Position numbers and translations under genes: made by a program. Positions 40,675 through 50,487 of a stretch of DNA of 64,000 nt are shown piece by piece (position 1 is the first letter of the stretch; every line of letters begins with the position of its first letter). The notes under the pieces are model-generated. The model was not told where the DNA came from, made no database searches, and worked only from the letters and a program-made list of their open reading frames with translations. The stretch covers positions 100,032 through 164,031 of the IMG/VR virus record IMGVR_UViG_3300009702_000016; one strand, written 5' to 3'. The stretch is from a virus.

Positions 40675-41157
40675 ATGCCTACCATAAAAGAAAAGCTCCT
40701 TCGCCTTGCCTCCGAATCCGAGAAGCGAGGCTTCGACGACATCTCCTCGAAGATTACCTCCATTCTTCGAGAGACTCGTGCTCATGGGTTGCTTCTTCGC
40801 CTTGCGGCTAAGAGTGACCAGATTGAGATTGACTCCTGGCCTGACTTCTTGTCTTGGTGGAATAACAACAGGGGCCAGAACCTGTCATACATCTTTGTGG
40901 ACACCTACGGTGCAAACTCAGAACAGGTTAAGTTGGTGAAGCGTTTAGTAAAAGACGCAGACAAGCACGAGAAGGATCTTCATGAGTTCTACATGAAGCT
41001 AAGAGACCTTGCTTCTTCCAATAACCTCCCGGGTGCTGAGGAGCCACAGGCTGCCCCTGCGGGAGGAGACGAGAATCCTCCAGAGCCTTCTGGTGATGAT
41101 CTACCCGATCTCGACGTTGATAAAGGCGATGACGACCTAGAAGGACTTGATATTTGA
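40675..41157 (+). CDS. putative internal virion protein with helix-Gly-helix motif and acidic tail
   Basis: KEKLLRLASESEKRGFDDISSKI. Confidence 0.65.
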   Translation: MPTIKEKLLRLASESEKRGFDDISSKITSILRETRAHGLLLRLAAKSDQIEIDSWPDFLSWWNNNRGQNLSYIFVDTYGANSEQVKLVKRLVKDADKHEKDLHEFYMKLRDLASSNNLPGAEEPQAAPAGGDENPPEPSGDDLPDLDVDKGDDDLEGLDI

Positions 41158-41245
41158 CCTTATCTTAGACTACCTTACACTATTTCGCTAAAGTAAATCT
41201 TCGCCTACTGGGGTATACCAGAGTACGAAGTCCTCTTGAGGAAAA

Positions 41246-44200
41246 ATGGCAGACGTTCTCACTACAGACAGGGCTACTCGTCCCGGAACATATATTGGTA
41301 GGGTCAATAGGACAAATCCAACGGGACTTACTGGGTACGCCCGTCTGCCCGCTTACGTGGGTAAGGGAAGTCGTTTGCGCACTGTGTTCAACAGTGCAAT
41401 TCGAAGGAGCTACCTTTCGGATGTTACACTGACTTTTCCTACTATTGCTCCTCACCTGGTTACTCTTGTCTATCCGGCTCTGAATGACCAGACGACCGCG
41501 ACCATGTTTAGGACAGATGGTACAATCGTACCCGCGAGCAAGTGGGAGTTCCTAGAGTCAACGCCTGGAAGTGGCATTTTTGATTCGGTTTTACTGCTCC
41601 CTGAGGAGTACTCCATTACTGTCGGGTATTCCCTCGACTACCAGTCGACCTCTCGCCTGATTCAGGATGTGATTCCTTTTGATAGCACTCGACAGGTTCG
41701 TTTTGTGGGAGACACGGAGAACCAGAATCAGTACCAGGAGTTCGTCCACTACTACATTCCAATCACGGTATCTGCGATCACTCCGGGTGCTTCCAACGCT
41801 AACTCAGCTGTTACTGACGTTGGGTTTGAGCCTGCACGGGTTATCGGTTCCGTTACGGACGCTGCGCCTTATGCGCTGACTGGAAAGACCCTTGATTTCA
41901 AAATCGACGGTGTCGCTCAGCCTACAGTTACCTTTAGTGCCACTGCTACAACAGCAGCACTTGCTGTTGCTGAAATCAATGCTGCAGTTGGGTCTACAGT
42001 TGCTTTCGCTCACACGGTGGGCACCGCACAGTCTGTGGAGATTCGATCTCCAAGTGTTGATCCGACTCTATCCGCTGTGGAAGTTACAAGTGTTGGAGCT
42101 GCTGAAGCAGTTTTGGGCATGACTGCGGCTGCCCTCAACTCACAGTTCCCCACTGTCGCAATGGTCGGGGCTGGTACACTTACGGGCGGCTATATGAGGG
42201 ATTTGTCTTCTGTTGCGTCGAACGCACAGATGGCAATTACTGGGGGGTCTTCCCACGACTACAACCGACGTTACAGACTGACAGTTACTAGCGTTACTCC
42301 CAACATTTTAATGGATCTTGAGGTGTTTGAGGACTCTGGAGCGTCGCTGACAGAGTTTGCCGAGGGCGCAACCCTCTCGGCTTCTGATGTTTTCGGACCC
42401 ACTGCTGGGGGTAGTCAGCCTCAGGTTCCATTTCATAGCTCTGTTGCAACCACCGCTACTGCGCTAGACTTCGGCACAGTTATCGCTGGAGGTGGTGTAT
42501 ACACTGCTGTATCTTTTACGGACATAACAGGAGATGTTGTCAGCTTCGTATTGGATGCGTTGGCTGCGGGTCTAACTGCTGGGTCTGTTTTTGAGGGTAC
42601 CTCTCTTGGTCAGTCCATCGTTGAGTTGGATTCTGCTCTAACGAATACGAAGCAGCATGCAAGTTTCTCTGCGGTTGGGCAGGGTACTCTGGTGCAGTCA
42701 GGTGCTACACCTAACTACTCTGTCTCTGTGGGAGCAGCCTCAGCGGGCACAGGGTCTGTCGCTCTTCGCTTCGATTCGGAGTACACGGGATCTTATAACC
42801 GTAGATTCCTTTTGTCCTGCACCGCTTCAACCGGAGCAGGAGCAACTGCTACCTTCGCTTGGCAGTCGTGGGGAGAGTTTGACGACCTTCAGTTCAATGG
42901 TGCTTCTCGCACTGTTTCTATTTCTCTGGCTCTTGGTACTAATACCAATATAGACCTTGGAGATGGCGTCCATCTCGATTTCGATTTCGGATCGGGTGCT
43001 GGATTCATTGTTGACGACCTGTTCTGGTTCCAAGCGAATGCCGATAGGTCATTCGTTACCGCAAAGGATGACCGAGTATACGCACTTGAGGTAGCCGCTG
43101 TGGGTGCCTCCTCAGGAGTCAACCAGACTTCCATTAGCTATACAACAGGAACCCCCGAAGGAGGATTCGGTCTTCTTGCTATCACAGGGCCGCAAGGTAA
43201 GATGTTCTTCACGGGAGGAATCAACGCCTGGCTTCGTAACGTCGGGTCCCAGACGACTGCTGCGAACAGGTTTGCCATCGGGGATACCTGGGATTTCAGC
43301 ACTGTAAACGATGACGTTCTAGACTGGTCATTGACGACTCTTGTAACCGAGACGATTGATCCCACCCAGGTTGTAACAGATACCCTTGGTGTAGTCACTG
43401 GAACTGTGGGAATGAAGTACGCGGTACTGTCCAACGTTCCCTCCGCTGTGCTCTATGTGAAGGACACAGTGACAGGCGCTTCAGTTTCCAGTGGTGCAGT
43501 TTCCACTACCAGTCCTTACGTCTACTTTACTACCGCTCCTACCTCTCCTGTAGAGGTTAGGTACTCGTACATCGGTGAAGAGCCATCCCCTGCCCAGCTT
43601 TTCTACTTCACGGCGAATGCAGTTCGACCTGTGGAGTTGTACAACATTCCTATTCGAGTTCTTGACTACGATACTGCTGCTCAGCTTCTTGGTCCATCCT
43701 CGACTCAGAATGATCTTCTGATCATGGCGCAGATTGCTCTAGACGACAATAGTGCTCCCGGTGCTTACTTCGTTCAGGCGTACGACAGCGATGGCGATGG
43801 AGTCATTACGACAGTTGATGTGGACAATGCAATCAAGGCGACTGAGGACCAGAGGGCTTTGACCGATGTTATTGTCCTCAGTAGCTTTGGCTCGCTATCG
43901 ACTGCTTTGGCTAACAATGAGAAGATGAACGACCCCTTTGAAAGAGGGGAGCGCGCTCTTTGGGTGGGAGCACCCAAGGGGACTGCCATTGGTGCCACAG
44001 ATACTGCAGGAACCTTGGCCTTCTTGGCTACCCGAACCCTGCAGGTATTTGGTGATAGTCATGCCCACGGTAGGCGAGTTCTTTGCGGCAATACGGAGGC
44101 TACAAAAACCATCACGCTTACGGATGGGACTCAAATTGCTGTAACTCTCGATGGGTCGTTTGTCGCGGGTGCTCTGGCAGCACGAAACGCGAGCTTTACA

Positions 44201-44743
44201 GACCCAGGGGAGACCCTCCTTCGTAAGAACCTGTTTGGGTTTGACACCATCAAGGTGTACACGGAGCCTGAGGAGCTTCAGCTTATTTCTTACTCCATCA
44301 TCTATGTGTCAAACACTGGTGATGATGTAGCCCCTGTTTATCGCATCGAGGAGTCTACTACGGTCGACCGTACGAGTGACGACAACAACGAGATTAGTGT
44401 TGCTATCAACCAGAAGGATTTTGTAACACGAGAGATCAGGACCAACATGGACTCCTCTCTCATCGGAATTGTTCCTCCCAGCGAGCAGGCTGGGGTTGCG
44501 CTTATTCAGGCTTTCCTTGTTTCCAATCTTAAGGACCTTTTGGCCCGTGGAAGAATTGGAGATTACACCGATTCCTCTGGCGCTTCTCGCGCTCTCGATC
44601 CTGATGAGGATGTGAGAGTGTTCCGTGCCAAGGACAGTAAAACTGCCTACAACTTCCAGTACTTCTGGCACGGTAGGTACCCCCTTAAGCGTCTTTTCGG
44701 CCTCTACTCTGTGGACCGGAAGTTCTTTGGTAGCCAGGTCTGA
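41246..44743 (+). CDS. contractile tail sheath protein
   Basis: N-terminal RPGTYI, C-terminal sheath-like region (DGSFVAGALAA...EISV...DFV...YPLKRL); upstream of tube. Confidence 0.8.
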   Translation: MADVLTTDRATRPGTYIGRVNRTNPTGLTGYARLPAYVGKGSRLRTVFNSAIRRSYLSDVTLTFPTIAPHLVTLVYPALNDQTTATMFRTDGTIVPASKWEFLESTPGSGIFDSVLLLPEEYSITVGYSLDYQSTSRLIQDVIPFDSTRQVRFVGDTENQNQYQEFVHYYIPITVSAITPGASNANSAVTDVGFEPARVIGSVTDAAPYALTGKTLDFKIDGVAQPTVTFSATATTAALAVAEINAAVGSTVAFAHTVGTAQSVEIRSPSVDPTLSAVEVTSVGAAEAVLGMTAAALNSQFPTVAMVGAGTLTGGYMRDLSSVASNAQMAITGGSSHDYNRRYRLTVTSVTPNILMDLEVFEDSGASLTEFAEGATLSASDVFGPTAGGSQPQVPFHSSVATTATALDFGTVIAGGGVYTAVSFTDITGDVVSFVLDALAAGLTAGSVFEGTSLGQSIVELDSALTNTKQHASFSAVGQGTLVQSGATPNYSVSVGAASAGTGSVALRFDSEYTGSYNRRFLLSCTASTGAGATATFAWQSWGEFDDLQFNGASRTVSISLALGTNTNIDLGDGVHLDFDFGSGAGFIVDDLFWFQANADRSFVTAKDDRVYALEVAAVGASSGVNQTSISYTTGTPEGGFGLLAITGPQGKMFFTGGINAWLRNVGSQTTAANRFAIGDTWDFSTVNDDVLDWSLTTLVTETIDPTQVVTDTLGVVTGTVGMKYAVLSNVPSAVLYVKDTVTGASVSSGAVSTTSPYVYFTTAPTSPVEVRYSYIGEEPSPAQLFYFTANAVRPVELYNIPIRVLDYDTAAQLLGPSSTQNDLLIMAQIALDDNSAPGAYFVQAYDSDGDGVITTVDVDNAIKATEDQRALTDVIVLSSFGSLSTALANNEKMNDPFERGERALWVGAPKGTAIGATDTAGTLAFLATRTLQVFGDSHAHGRRVLCGNTEATKTITLTDGTQIAVTLDGSFVAGALAARNASFTDPGETLLRKNLFGFDTIKVYTEPEELQLISYSIIYVSNTGDDVAPVYRIEESTTVDRTSDDNNEISVAINQKDFVTREIRTNMDSSLIGIVPPSEQAGVALIQAFLVSNLKDLLARGRIGDYTDSSGASRALDPDEDVRVFRAKDSKTAYNFQYFWHGRYPLKRLFGLYSVDRKFFGSQV

Positions 44744-44764
44744 AGACCCTAAAAGAGAAGGTAT

Positions 44765-45439
44765 TTGAACATGTCTGTTAGTAAAAGTATGCGTGACCGA
44801 GTGGCTAGAACGAAGTCTCTTGCCCGTAGGAAGATGATTGCTCAGCTGGAGAAGGAGGCTTTTGCTGAGGCCAAGACTCTCCCTATGTCTGGAGACGACG
44901 GTTCTGGCCCTAAGGCTAAGGACTCGGCCAGCGAAGAGTACTCCCGAAGTGATAATCAGCCCAAGCCGAAGGGTGATAAAAGCCAGGCCCATCTTGACCT
45001 TGTCAATGACAGAGGCGGTTACCCTGGTGCGGGTCGCTCTCCAAAGAGTCTAGGCAAGGGAAGCAAGACAGAGAAGTCCGACTCGGAGCAGACGCTACAG
45101 CAGGCATTGGACGAGGCTATGGGTCATATTGATGATCTCACTCACCCGCCTAGGGAAGAGAGGGATAAGAGTAAGCTTCGGGTTGACCGTAGGGCTGCTT
45201 CTGTGCTTTCTAATCTTAAGAAGTCGAATGACTATCTTGACTCCGCTGTCACAGAAGGAAACGCACGAAAGATCTATGCAGGGTTCAAAAACGTTGCCAC
45301 TTGCCTGTCCTTCTATGAGAACAAGGTACGTAGCACCATTAAGACTGCATCGGTTAAGAAGACGGCCTCCTCGATTCGTCGTGAGGTAAAGAGGTCGAAG
45401 ACTCTGGTTCGCCTCGCCTCTTCTCACATTTCTGCGTAA
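44765..45439 (+). CDS. charged protein with multiple [KR]xA motifs
   Basis: DRVAR, EKEAF, RRAAS, IKTAS, KKTAS, VRLAS. Confidence 0.7.
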   Translation: MNMSVSKSMRDRVARTKSLARRKMIAQLEKEAFAEAKTLPMSGDDGSGPKAKDSASEEYSRSDNQPKPKGDKSQAHLDLVNDRGGYPGAGRSPKSLGKGSKTEKSDSEQTLQQALDEAMGHIDDLTHPPREERDKSKLRVDRRAASVLSNLKKSNDYLDSAVTEGNARKIYAGFKNVATCLSFYENKVRSTIKTASVKKTASSIRREVKRSKTLVRLASSHISA

Positions 45440-46281
45440 TGTCTAAGGAAGTCTTAAATACCCGTCAGCGGATAGCTAGTATTCTGTACAAGCTGGCTAT
45501 TCGTAATATGCAGCTGGCCTATCGTACTCTGTACACAGAGAAAGATAGAGCCGACCTCGGGGATCTCTCAAGGAAGTTTGCAGACTTATCGGCGTACGCA
45601 ACACCAAGAAGGCTTCCCAATGCGGCTGAGATTGGGGGCTCCCCTGTTCCTAGGCTGCTGTTTCTGGCTGCAGCACGGACAGTGGCTTCTGGTTCCTCTT
45701 CGGGAGGGTCAGATGCTGTCAAAGTCAAGATGGTATTTGGGCCAATTTACGCATCCTTCCGCTCTGGCGTTTCTAAGATCCTAATAAGTTCAACATCCCA
45801 TAACGTCCCTTCCTCCTACTCTGATCTTAATGACTTGGAGAAGCGTCTAGGCGAGGTGTTTGGCAGCACAGGAAAGCTTAGCGTTTTGTACAGGAGTCTC
45901 ATTAGGGAAGACCAGAACAGCTACAGGATTGAGCTTACTACTACGCAGAAGTCCAGTAACAGCCAGTACGCCATAGTTCATAACGGTGGAAAGCAAGAGG
46001 GTAAGGTGATCAAGATCCGGTTCACCAACAAGAGTGGAAAGGAGTCCTATAGAGATGCAATCTACCCTACTTCATCCCTCGCTATTAAGGCTCTGAGCGA
46101 GGTGGCTACGGGCCTCCCCCTAAGCTCTAAGTCTGTGTCCCCTCAAGACGCTGCATCAGGGGGCCGGTATGTGCAAATGCTGCTTCAGTATGAGGTTATC
46201 CTACTAGGAGAGGAGGGGTCTCCTTCCTTCGATGCCTATGGGATCATTGATTCCTCACTTTCGTCAGTAGACGGCCAATGA
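45439..46281 (+). CDS. hypothetical protein
   Basis: RQRIASILYKLA N-terminus; coupled. Confidence 0.7.
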   Translation: MSKEVLNTRQRIASILYKLAIRNMQLAYRTLYTEKDRADLGDLSRKFADLSAYATPRRLPNAAEIGGSPVPRLLFLAAARTVASGSSSGGSDAVKVKMVFGPIYASFRSGVSKILISSTSHNVPSSYSDLNDLEKRLGEVFGSTGKLSVLYRSLIREDQNSYRIELTTTQKSSNSQYAIVHNGGKQEGKVIKIRFTNKSGKESYRDAIYPTSSLAIKALSEVATGLPLSSKSVSPQDAASGGRYVQMLLQYEVILLGEEGSPSFDAYGIIDSSLSSVDGQ

Positions 46282-46763
46282 CTGAACTAAGCAAAGAGGA
46301 GAAAGGTCAGCTTAAATCTGATCTTGAAAGCACACGGTCTTCCATTCGTAAGCAGGAAGGAAAGTACATACTGTACCGCATGGGACATGAATCGAGTAAG
46401 GGCGTTCTTGTGGACTCTCTAAAGGATGCCGTCACGTTCATGGACTACTACTCAAGGATGTGGGCCAACGGAGAAGTGAGTGTCTCCACAACCCCAGTTT
46501 CTTTACTCGACTCTGTATACATTGGTGTACTTGACTTCCCTGCCGAGGAGACAATCAACAAGGTTGAGCCTTCTTCCTCCTTCTATGGGTTAGGGTCCTC
46601 TCGGTTGTCCTCATTTAATCGATCTTTGCTCTACTCAGTCTCTCAGAGACTTGATAAGGAAGCAGAGTTTCTTGTTTCACTCCTTCCTCCTGAAGGGACC
46701 ACTGCTTCCGAGATTCAGGAACAGACGATCATGAAAAAAGTGGCCCGGGTGTTGTTTAAGTAG
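46278..46763 (+). CDS. hypothetical protein
   Basis: ATGA overlap. Confidence 0.65.
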   Translation: MTELSKEEKGQLKSDLESTRSSIRKQEGKYILYRMGHESSKGVLVDSLKDAVTFMDYYSRMWANGEVSVSTTPVSLLDSVYIGVLDFPAEETINKVEPSSSFYGLGSSRLSSFNRSLLYSVSQRLDKEAEFLVSLLPPEGTTASEIQEQTIMKKVARVLFK

Positions 46764-46866
46764 GTAGTTCTTTCTTTAGACTTAGAGGAGACAGTTACGT
46801 CTGTTAATTTAGTAAGCAAAGCTTATTGGCATCAAGTAACTTAGCTTTTGCATGTAGGAGTTCATT

Positions 46867-47385
46867 TTGGCTAGCCCGACACCATTCGCATCGAATCCCC
46901 ATGGAGTTAGAGTCCGTCCCCTGGACTTTGATGCTCCTGGTGCTCCTACGATTAAGACCTACCACGGGATTTCTATCATCGTTAATGGAAGGGTCGTAGG
47001 CCGCATTGGGTCGTGGGCTCCTCAGATGTACACACGGGTTGGAAAGCTGGTGTATGAGCTTAACCATCTTACCTTTGGTAGGCCTGTTGACTACGTTCCT
47101 GGGATCAACTCAAGCTACACAATTACGACAGAGCACACTGAGGTGTGGAACCAGGAGTTTGAGCTGGCTCTTGGCTACCCTGCAGTGTGGGCTGACTTGA
47201 TTGACCAGAACCGCCCCTTCTCTGTTCAGGAATACCTGTTTAGAGGGCCTGCGGTGTACCGTGTGTGGCTGTACTCGGGGTGCTGGATGACTGCTCGTAA
47301 TGAGGATCCGTATTCGGCAGAAGGAACCGCAATCGTTTCTGCAAAGGGAACGATTGCCTTTGTGTCCCGAACGAGGGCTGTGTGA
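46867..47385 (+). CDS. tail tube protein
   Basis: 172 aa; NGRVVGRI...VYEL...PVDYVPG...YSGCW pattern; position after sheath; AGGAG RBS. Confidence 0.75.
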   Translation: MASPTPFASNPHGVRVRPLDFDAPGAPTIKTYHGISIIVNGRVVGRIGSWAPQMYTRVGKLVYELNHLTFGRPVDYVPGINSSYTITTEHTEVWNQEFELALGYPAVWADLIDQNRPFSVQEYLFRGPAVYRVWLYSGCWMTARNEDPYSAEGTAIVSAKGTIAFVSRTRAV

Positions 47386-47708
47386 TGTCAACACCCTCTG
47401 GCAAACTCAATAGAGTAATAGACTTGGTGCTTGCGAAAGCTGCACAGGAAGACACGGAGTCCCCTAGGTCTCCTTACGTGTCTCCTTCTAAGTCTAGAGG
47501 GCAGAGGGATCGACTTCGAGTAGCCGTGCGAGAGAACTATTTGTCCCTGGATGAGTTAAATCATGTGTTCCAGGACATTACTTCTGCTGCTTCTCTTAGT
47601 TACTTTGACGAGAATGATGCTGACTTGATTCGTCAGGCGGCTTCTGGTTTATCTGATGCGAGACGAGCGATTCGCAGGTTAGCGAGTCGTAAGTGGGTAC
47701 AAAAGTAA
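47382..47708 (+). CDS. hypothetical protein
   Basis: GTGA overlap; RRLAS motif. Confidence 0.6.
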   Translation: MMSTPSGKLNRVIDLVLAKAAQEDTESPRSPYVSPSKSRGQRDRLRVAVRENYLSLDELNHVFQDITSAASLSYFDENDADLIRQAASGLSDARRAIRRLASRKWVQK

Positions 47709-47757
47709 GCCAAACCAAAACCCCAAACATTGTTTCTGTTCGATAGAGGTAATCGCC

Positions 47758-48990
47758 ATGGCGCATAAGACACGACCCAATCTAGTTCTTGCTGAGCTGG
47801 ATGATATTGCAATGGAGCTGGAGAGGACGGGTAACCCCGACCTGGCTGGTCTGGTTGATGAGGTCTCTTCTGACCTTTCTTCCGCACGGCCCCGTAGAGC
47901 TTCTAAGAAGAGGGCCTCCAAGAAGCCTTCTCGCCGCAGAAGTAAGAAGAATCGGTCCAAGACACGCAGGACTGCGCGCAGCAATAAGCCTTCCCGTAGG
48001 GCTCGTATTGCTTCCGCAATGCGTAAGATCGCTAGCTCTCAGGTAACTGAGCTTGAGGATATCGCTGCTGAGCTTCTCAAGGAAGGCGACAAGAAGTCAG
48101 CTGTCGAGGTTCTGAAGATTGCTGAGGACCTTGATTCCGAATACTGCTACAGCGAGCCCGGGAAGCGTAAGGAGCCAAAGTCTAAGGGCGACGCAAGTAA
48201 GCTCTACGACCGCTCCAAGGCTAACAAGCCCAACGCAAAGATGGACAAGGAAGATCAAGATGAGCTTGATGCCTTGTACGAGGAGGATTTCTATCCTCTG
48301 GACATGGAAAAGAAGGAAGCTTCCTTCGATACCCGTCTTGCTGAGCTTCTTCACCTTGCCATGGATGACGATATGGCTGCTGATGACGATGTCGATGCAA
48401 TGGATCGTCAGTACGGTTCCGACGACGCTGACCCCGATATGGAAGACGACAAGTTCGACCCCGACATGGACGGTGATGACGACTCCGAAGACTCTGATGA
48501 TAACCCTGACGAGGATGAGGACGACTTTCTAGAGGGCGACGAAGACGAAGACGAAGACGAAGACGAAGACGAAGGCGACGAAGGCGACGAGGACTTAGGT
48601 CTTGACTTTGGAGACGATGAGGAAGAGCCCGACGACATGAAGGCCGACTCTGACATGGACGATGACTCTGACATGGACGATGACTCTGACATGGACGATG
48701 ACTCTGACATGGACGATGACTCTGACATGGATCCTGAGGACATGGACGATGACTCTGACATGGACGACATGGAAGATGCCGCTCCTGAAGACGAAGAGGC
48801 AGGCGTTATGAGTGCCCTTGGTGGTGGTGCTGCCGGAATGGCTCTGGGAGGTCCTTTGGGCGCCCTCGGCGGGGCTGCACTGGCGGCTTCTGTAAAGGAC
48901 AAGAAGAAGGTGATGTCCCTTGCTCGCAAGATTGCGGCACGAGGAGACAGGAAGCTGGCACGCAGGGTTGCTAGCCTTGTGAAGAAGTAG
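47758..48990 (+). CDS. basic/acidic block protein with three helix-Gly-helix motifs (scaffold/internal head protein candidate)
   Basis: GAGGT RBS; R/K-rich block, long D/E block. Confidence 0.75.
   Translation: MAHKTRPNLVLAELDDIAMELERTGNPDLAGLVDEVSSDLSSARPRRASKKRASKKPSRRRSKKNRSKTRRTARSNKPSRRARIASAMRKIASSQVTELEDIAAELLKEGDKKSAVEVLKIAEDLDSEYCYSEPGKRKEPKSKGDASKLYDRSKANKPNAKMDKEDQDELDALYEEDFYPLDMEKKEASFDTRLAELLHLAMDDDMAADDDVDAMDRQYGSDDADPDMEDDKFDPDMDGDDDSEDSDDNPDEDEDDFLEGDEDEDEDEDEDEGDEGDEDLGLDFGDDEEEPDDMKADSDMDDDSDMDDDSDMDDDSDMDDDSDMDPEDMDDDSDMDDMEDAAPEDEEAGVMSALGGGAAGMALGGPLGALGGAALAASVKDKKKVMSLARKIAARGDRKLARRVASLVKK
48646..48731 (+). repeat. 18-bp coding tandem repeat GACTCTGACATGGACGAT (DSDMDD), four full copies plus a partial one
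   Basis: direct reading; additional near-copy at 48751; GACGAA hexamer run at 48538-48573. Confidence 0.95.
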
Positions 48991-49015
48991 AAGTCTTCCC
49001 TTTTCTACGACAGCT

Positions 49016-49051
49016 AGAAAACCCCTAAGGTGCTTTCCTTAGGGGTTTTCT
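49016..49051. terminator. intrinsic terminator (possibly bidirectional)
   Basis: AGAAAACCCCTAAGG-TGCTTT-CCTTAGGGGTTTTCT. Confidence 0.8.
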
Positions 49052-49144
49052 TGCATCTTTTCTTCTACGATCTGTACAAGGGTAGAGAGTTAGCCTTATC
49101 TAAGGCAGCCAGTATTTTCATAAAAACTCAGGAGTGTTCTACGA

Positions 49145-49972
49145 ATGTCTAATAGTGACAAGCTTGGTGATCGAGTTAACGTGCCTTCCATGGCACAGGG
49201 TGTAACGGGAAGCCTCCCCCATCCTCAAGATCCGTGGGGTACGTCGTCCTCTGTGGAAGACCCTTATGACGCGGCTCCTAAGTTTAGAAACAGGTCTGAC
49301 GTTCCTGTAGCTGAGGCGACAGCATACGACCCTACCAGTCCTGCTGCTCAAGCGGCTCCTGCTCCTGCTGCTCCTGCTCCTGCTCAAGCGGCTCCTGCTC
49401 AAGCGGCTCCTGCTGCTCGCGCTCCTCGGCCTCTTCCCCCGACTACGTCGGCCACAACACATGAGTCTAAGGTAATCTCTCGTTTCCGTGAGGTTTTCGG
49501 AATTGGTCGTGTGAAAGAGGTACCGCTGACGATCACTCGCAGGGACCCTAAAAACACAGATAAGAACGCCTCCATGGTGTTTGGTGTACGCGCCGTAAAC
49601 TACGAGGATTATCAGTGGATTCTGGAGATGACGCAGGAGTTGCAGCAATCTCCGCGTCTCGCTTCCTTCGCTTGGAAGATTGCCTTTATGTCGATGGTAG
49701 TCTGCAGCCTGGATAAGGAGCCGATTTGGAAGTCCTTTGGGTTCGTACCCGGGGACCCTTCCGAGGTGACTGACCCCCTCTATCCTCATATGGGTTTACG
49801 TTTCCAGGCAGCTGGGCGTATGTGTGAGTTGTTTAAGTCTGCTTTCTTCTACTTGGTTGATGAGTTGTACACAGAGTACGAGTCGCAGGTAGACTCCAAC
49901 TATATTGCAAAGAAGCCTAAGAGCACGGAAGAGGCTGCCGTCCCTTTAGCTCAGAGCGGCTCCGAGAGCTAG
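49145..49972 (+). CDS. tail assembly chaperone (gpG-like)
   Basis: between tube and tape measure; slippery C CCT TTA near 3' end. Confidence 0.75.
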   Translation: MSNSDKLGDRVNVPSMAQGVTGSLPHPQDPWGTSSSVEDPYDAAPKFRNRSDVPVAEATAYDPTSPAAQAAPAPAAPAPAQAAPAQAAPAARAPRPLPPTTSATTHESKVISRFREVFGIGRVKEVPLTITRRDPKNTDKNASMVFGVRAVNYEDYQWILEMTQELQQSPRLASFAWKIAFMSMVVCSLDKEPIWKSFGFVPGDPSEVTDPLYPHMGLRFQAAGRMCELFKSAFFYLVDELYTEYESQVDSNYIAKKPKSTEEAAVPLAQSGSES

Positions 49973-50484
49973 ACTGGGAGCTTTGGCTCCGTGGCACGGT
50001 AGCAGCCAAACTTAAAACCACGGTTACAGACCGTCGTATACTTAACGCAAGCTTAGATGAGCTAGAATCAACACTACTATTCCTTAATTGGGAAGAGGAT
50101 AGTTGGTTTTACCGATGGGAACGTATGCTAGGCTTGGTCTGGACAAAAGCTGATATCGATGCGCTAACTCGCATGGCTGCGGAAAAGGAGGCACGGGAAG
50201 ACGATGCTGAGCCTGTTCCGCTTCCTGATGTTGTGCGTTATCCGCTGTCTCTTCTCGTTCGACCGGAGCTTCTCGACACTCTTACAGGAGGAGGCCTTCC
50301 TGATCAAGAAAGCCTATCGGGTATGATGCATGTTCCGAAGGGAACGTTGTCCCTTGCTAATGTGAGTAAGGAGGAGTTCCTTAAGCGTGTAGGCGCGGCT
50401 CCTGCTACTTCTGTTGACCTGGCGGGAGAGGATAGGGACCCGTTCAGGAAGGCTGAGCAGGCTTCCTTCCGCAACCGTAGATAA
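49145..50484 (+). CDS. tail assembly chaperone, -1 frameshift product (gpGT-like)
   Basis: -1 frame open from 49942 through the 50125-50484 ORF. Confidence 0.8.
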
Positions 50485-50487
50485 GAG

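Noticed and set aside
48646-48770. CRISPR-like array
   Set aside because: Head-to-tail 18-bp repeats without spacers, in frame within a coding region
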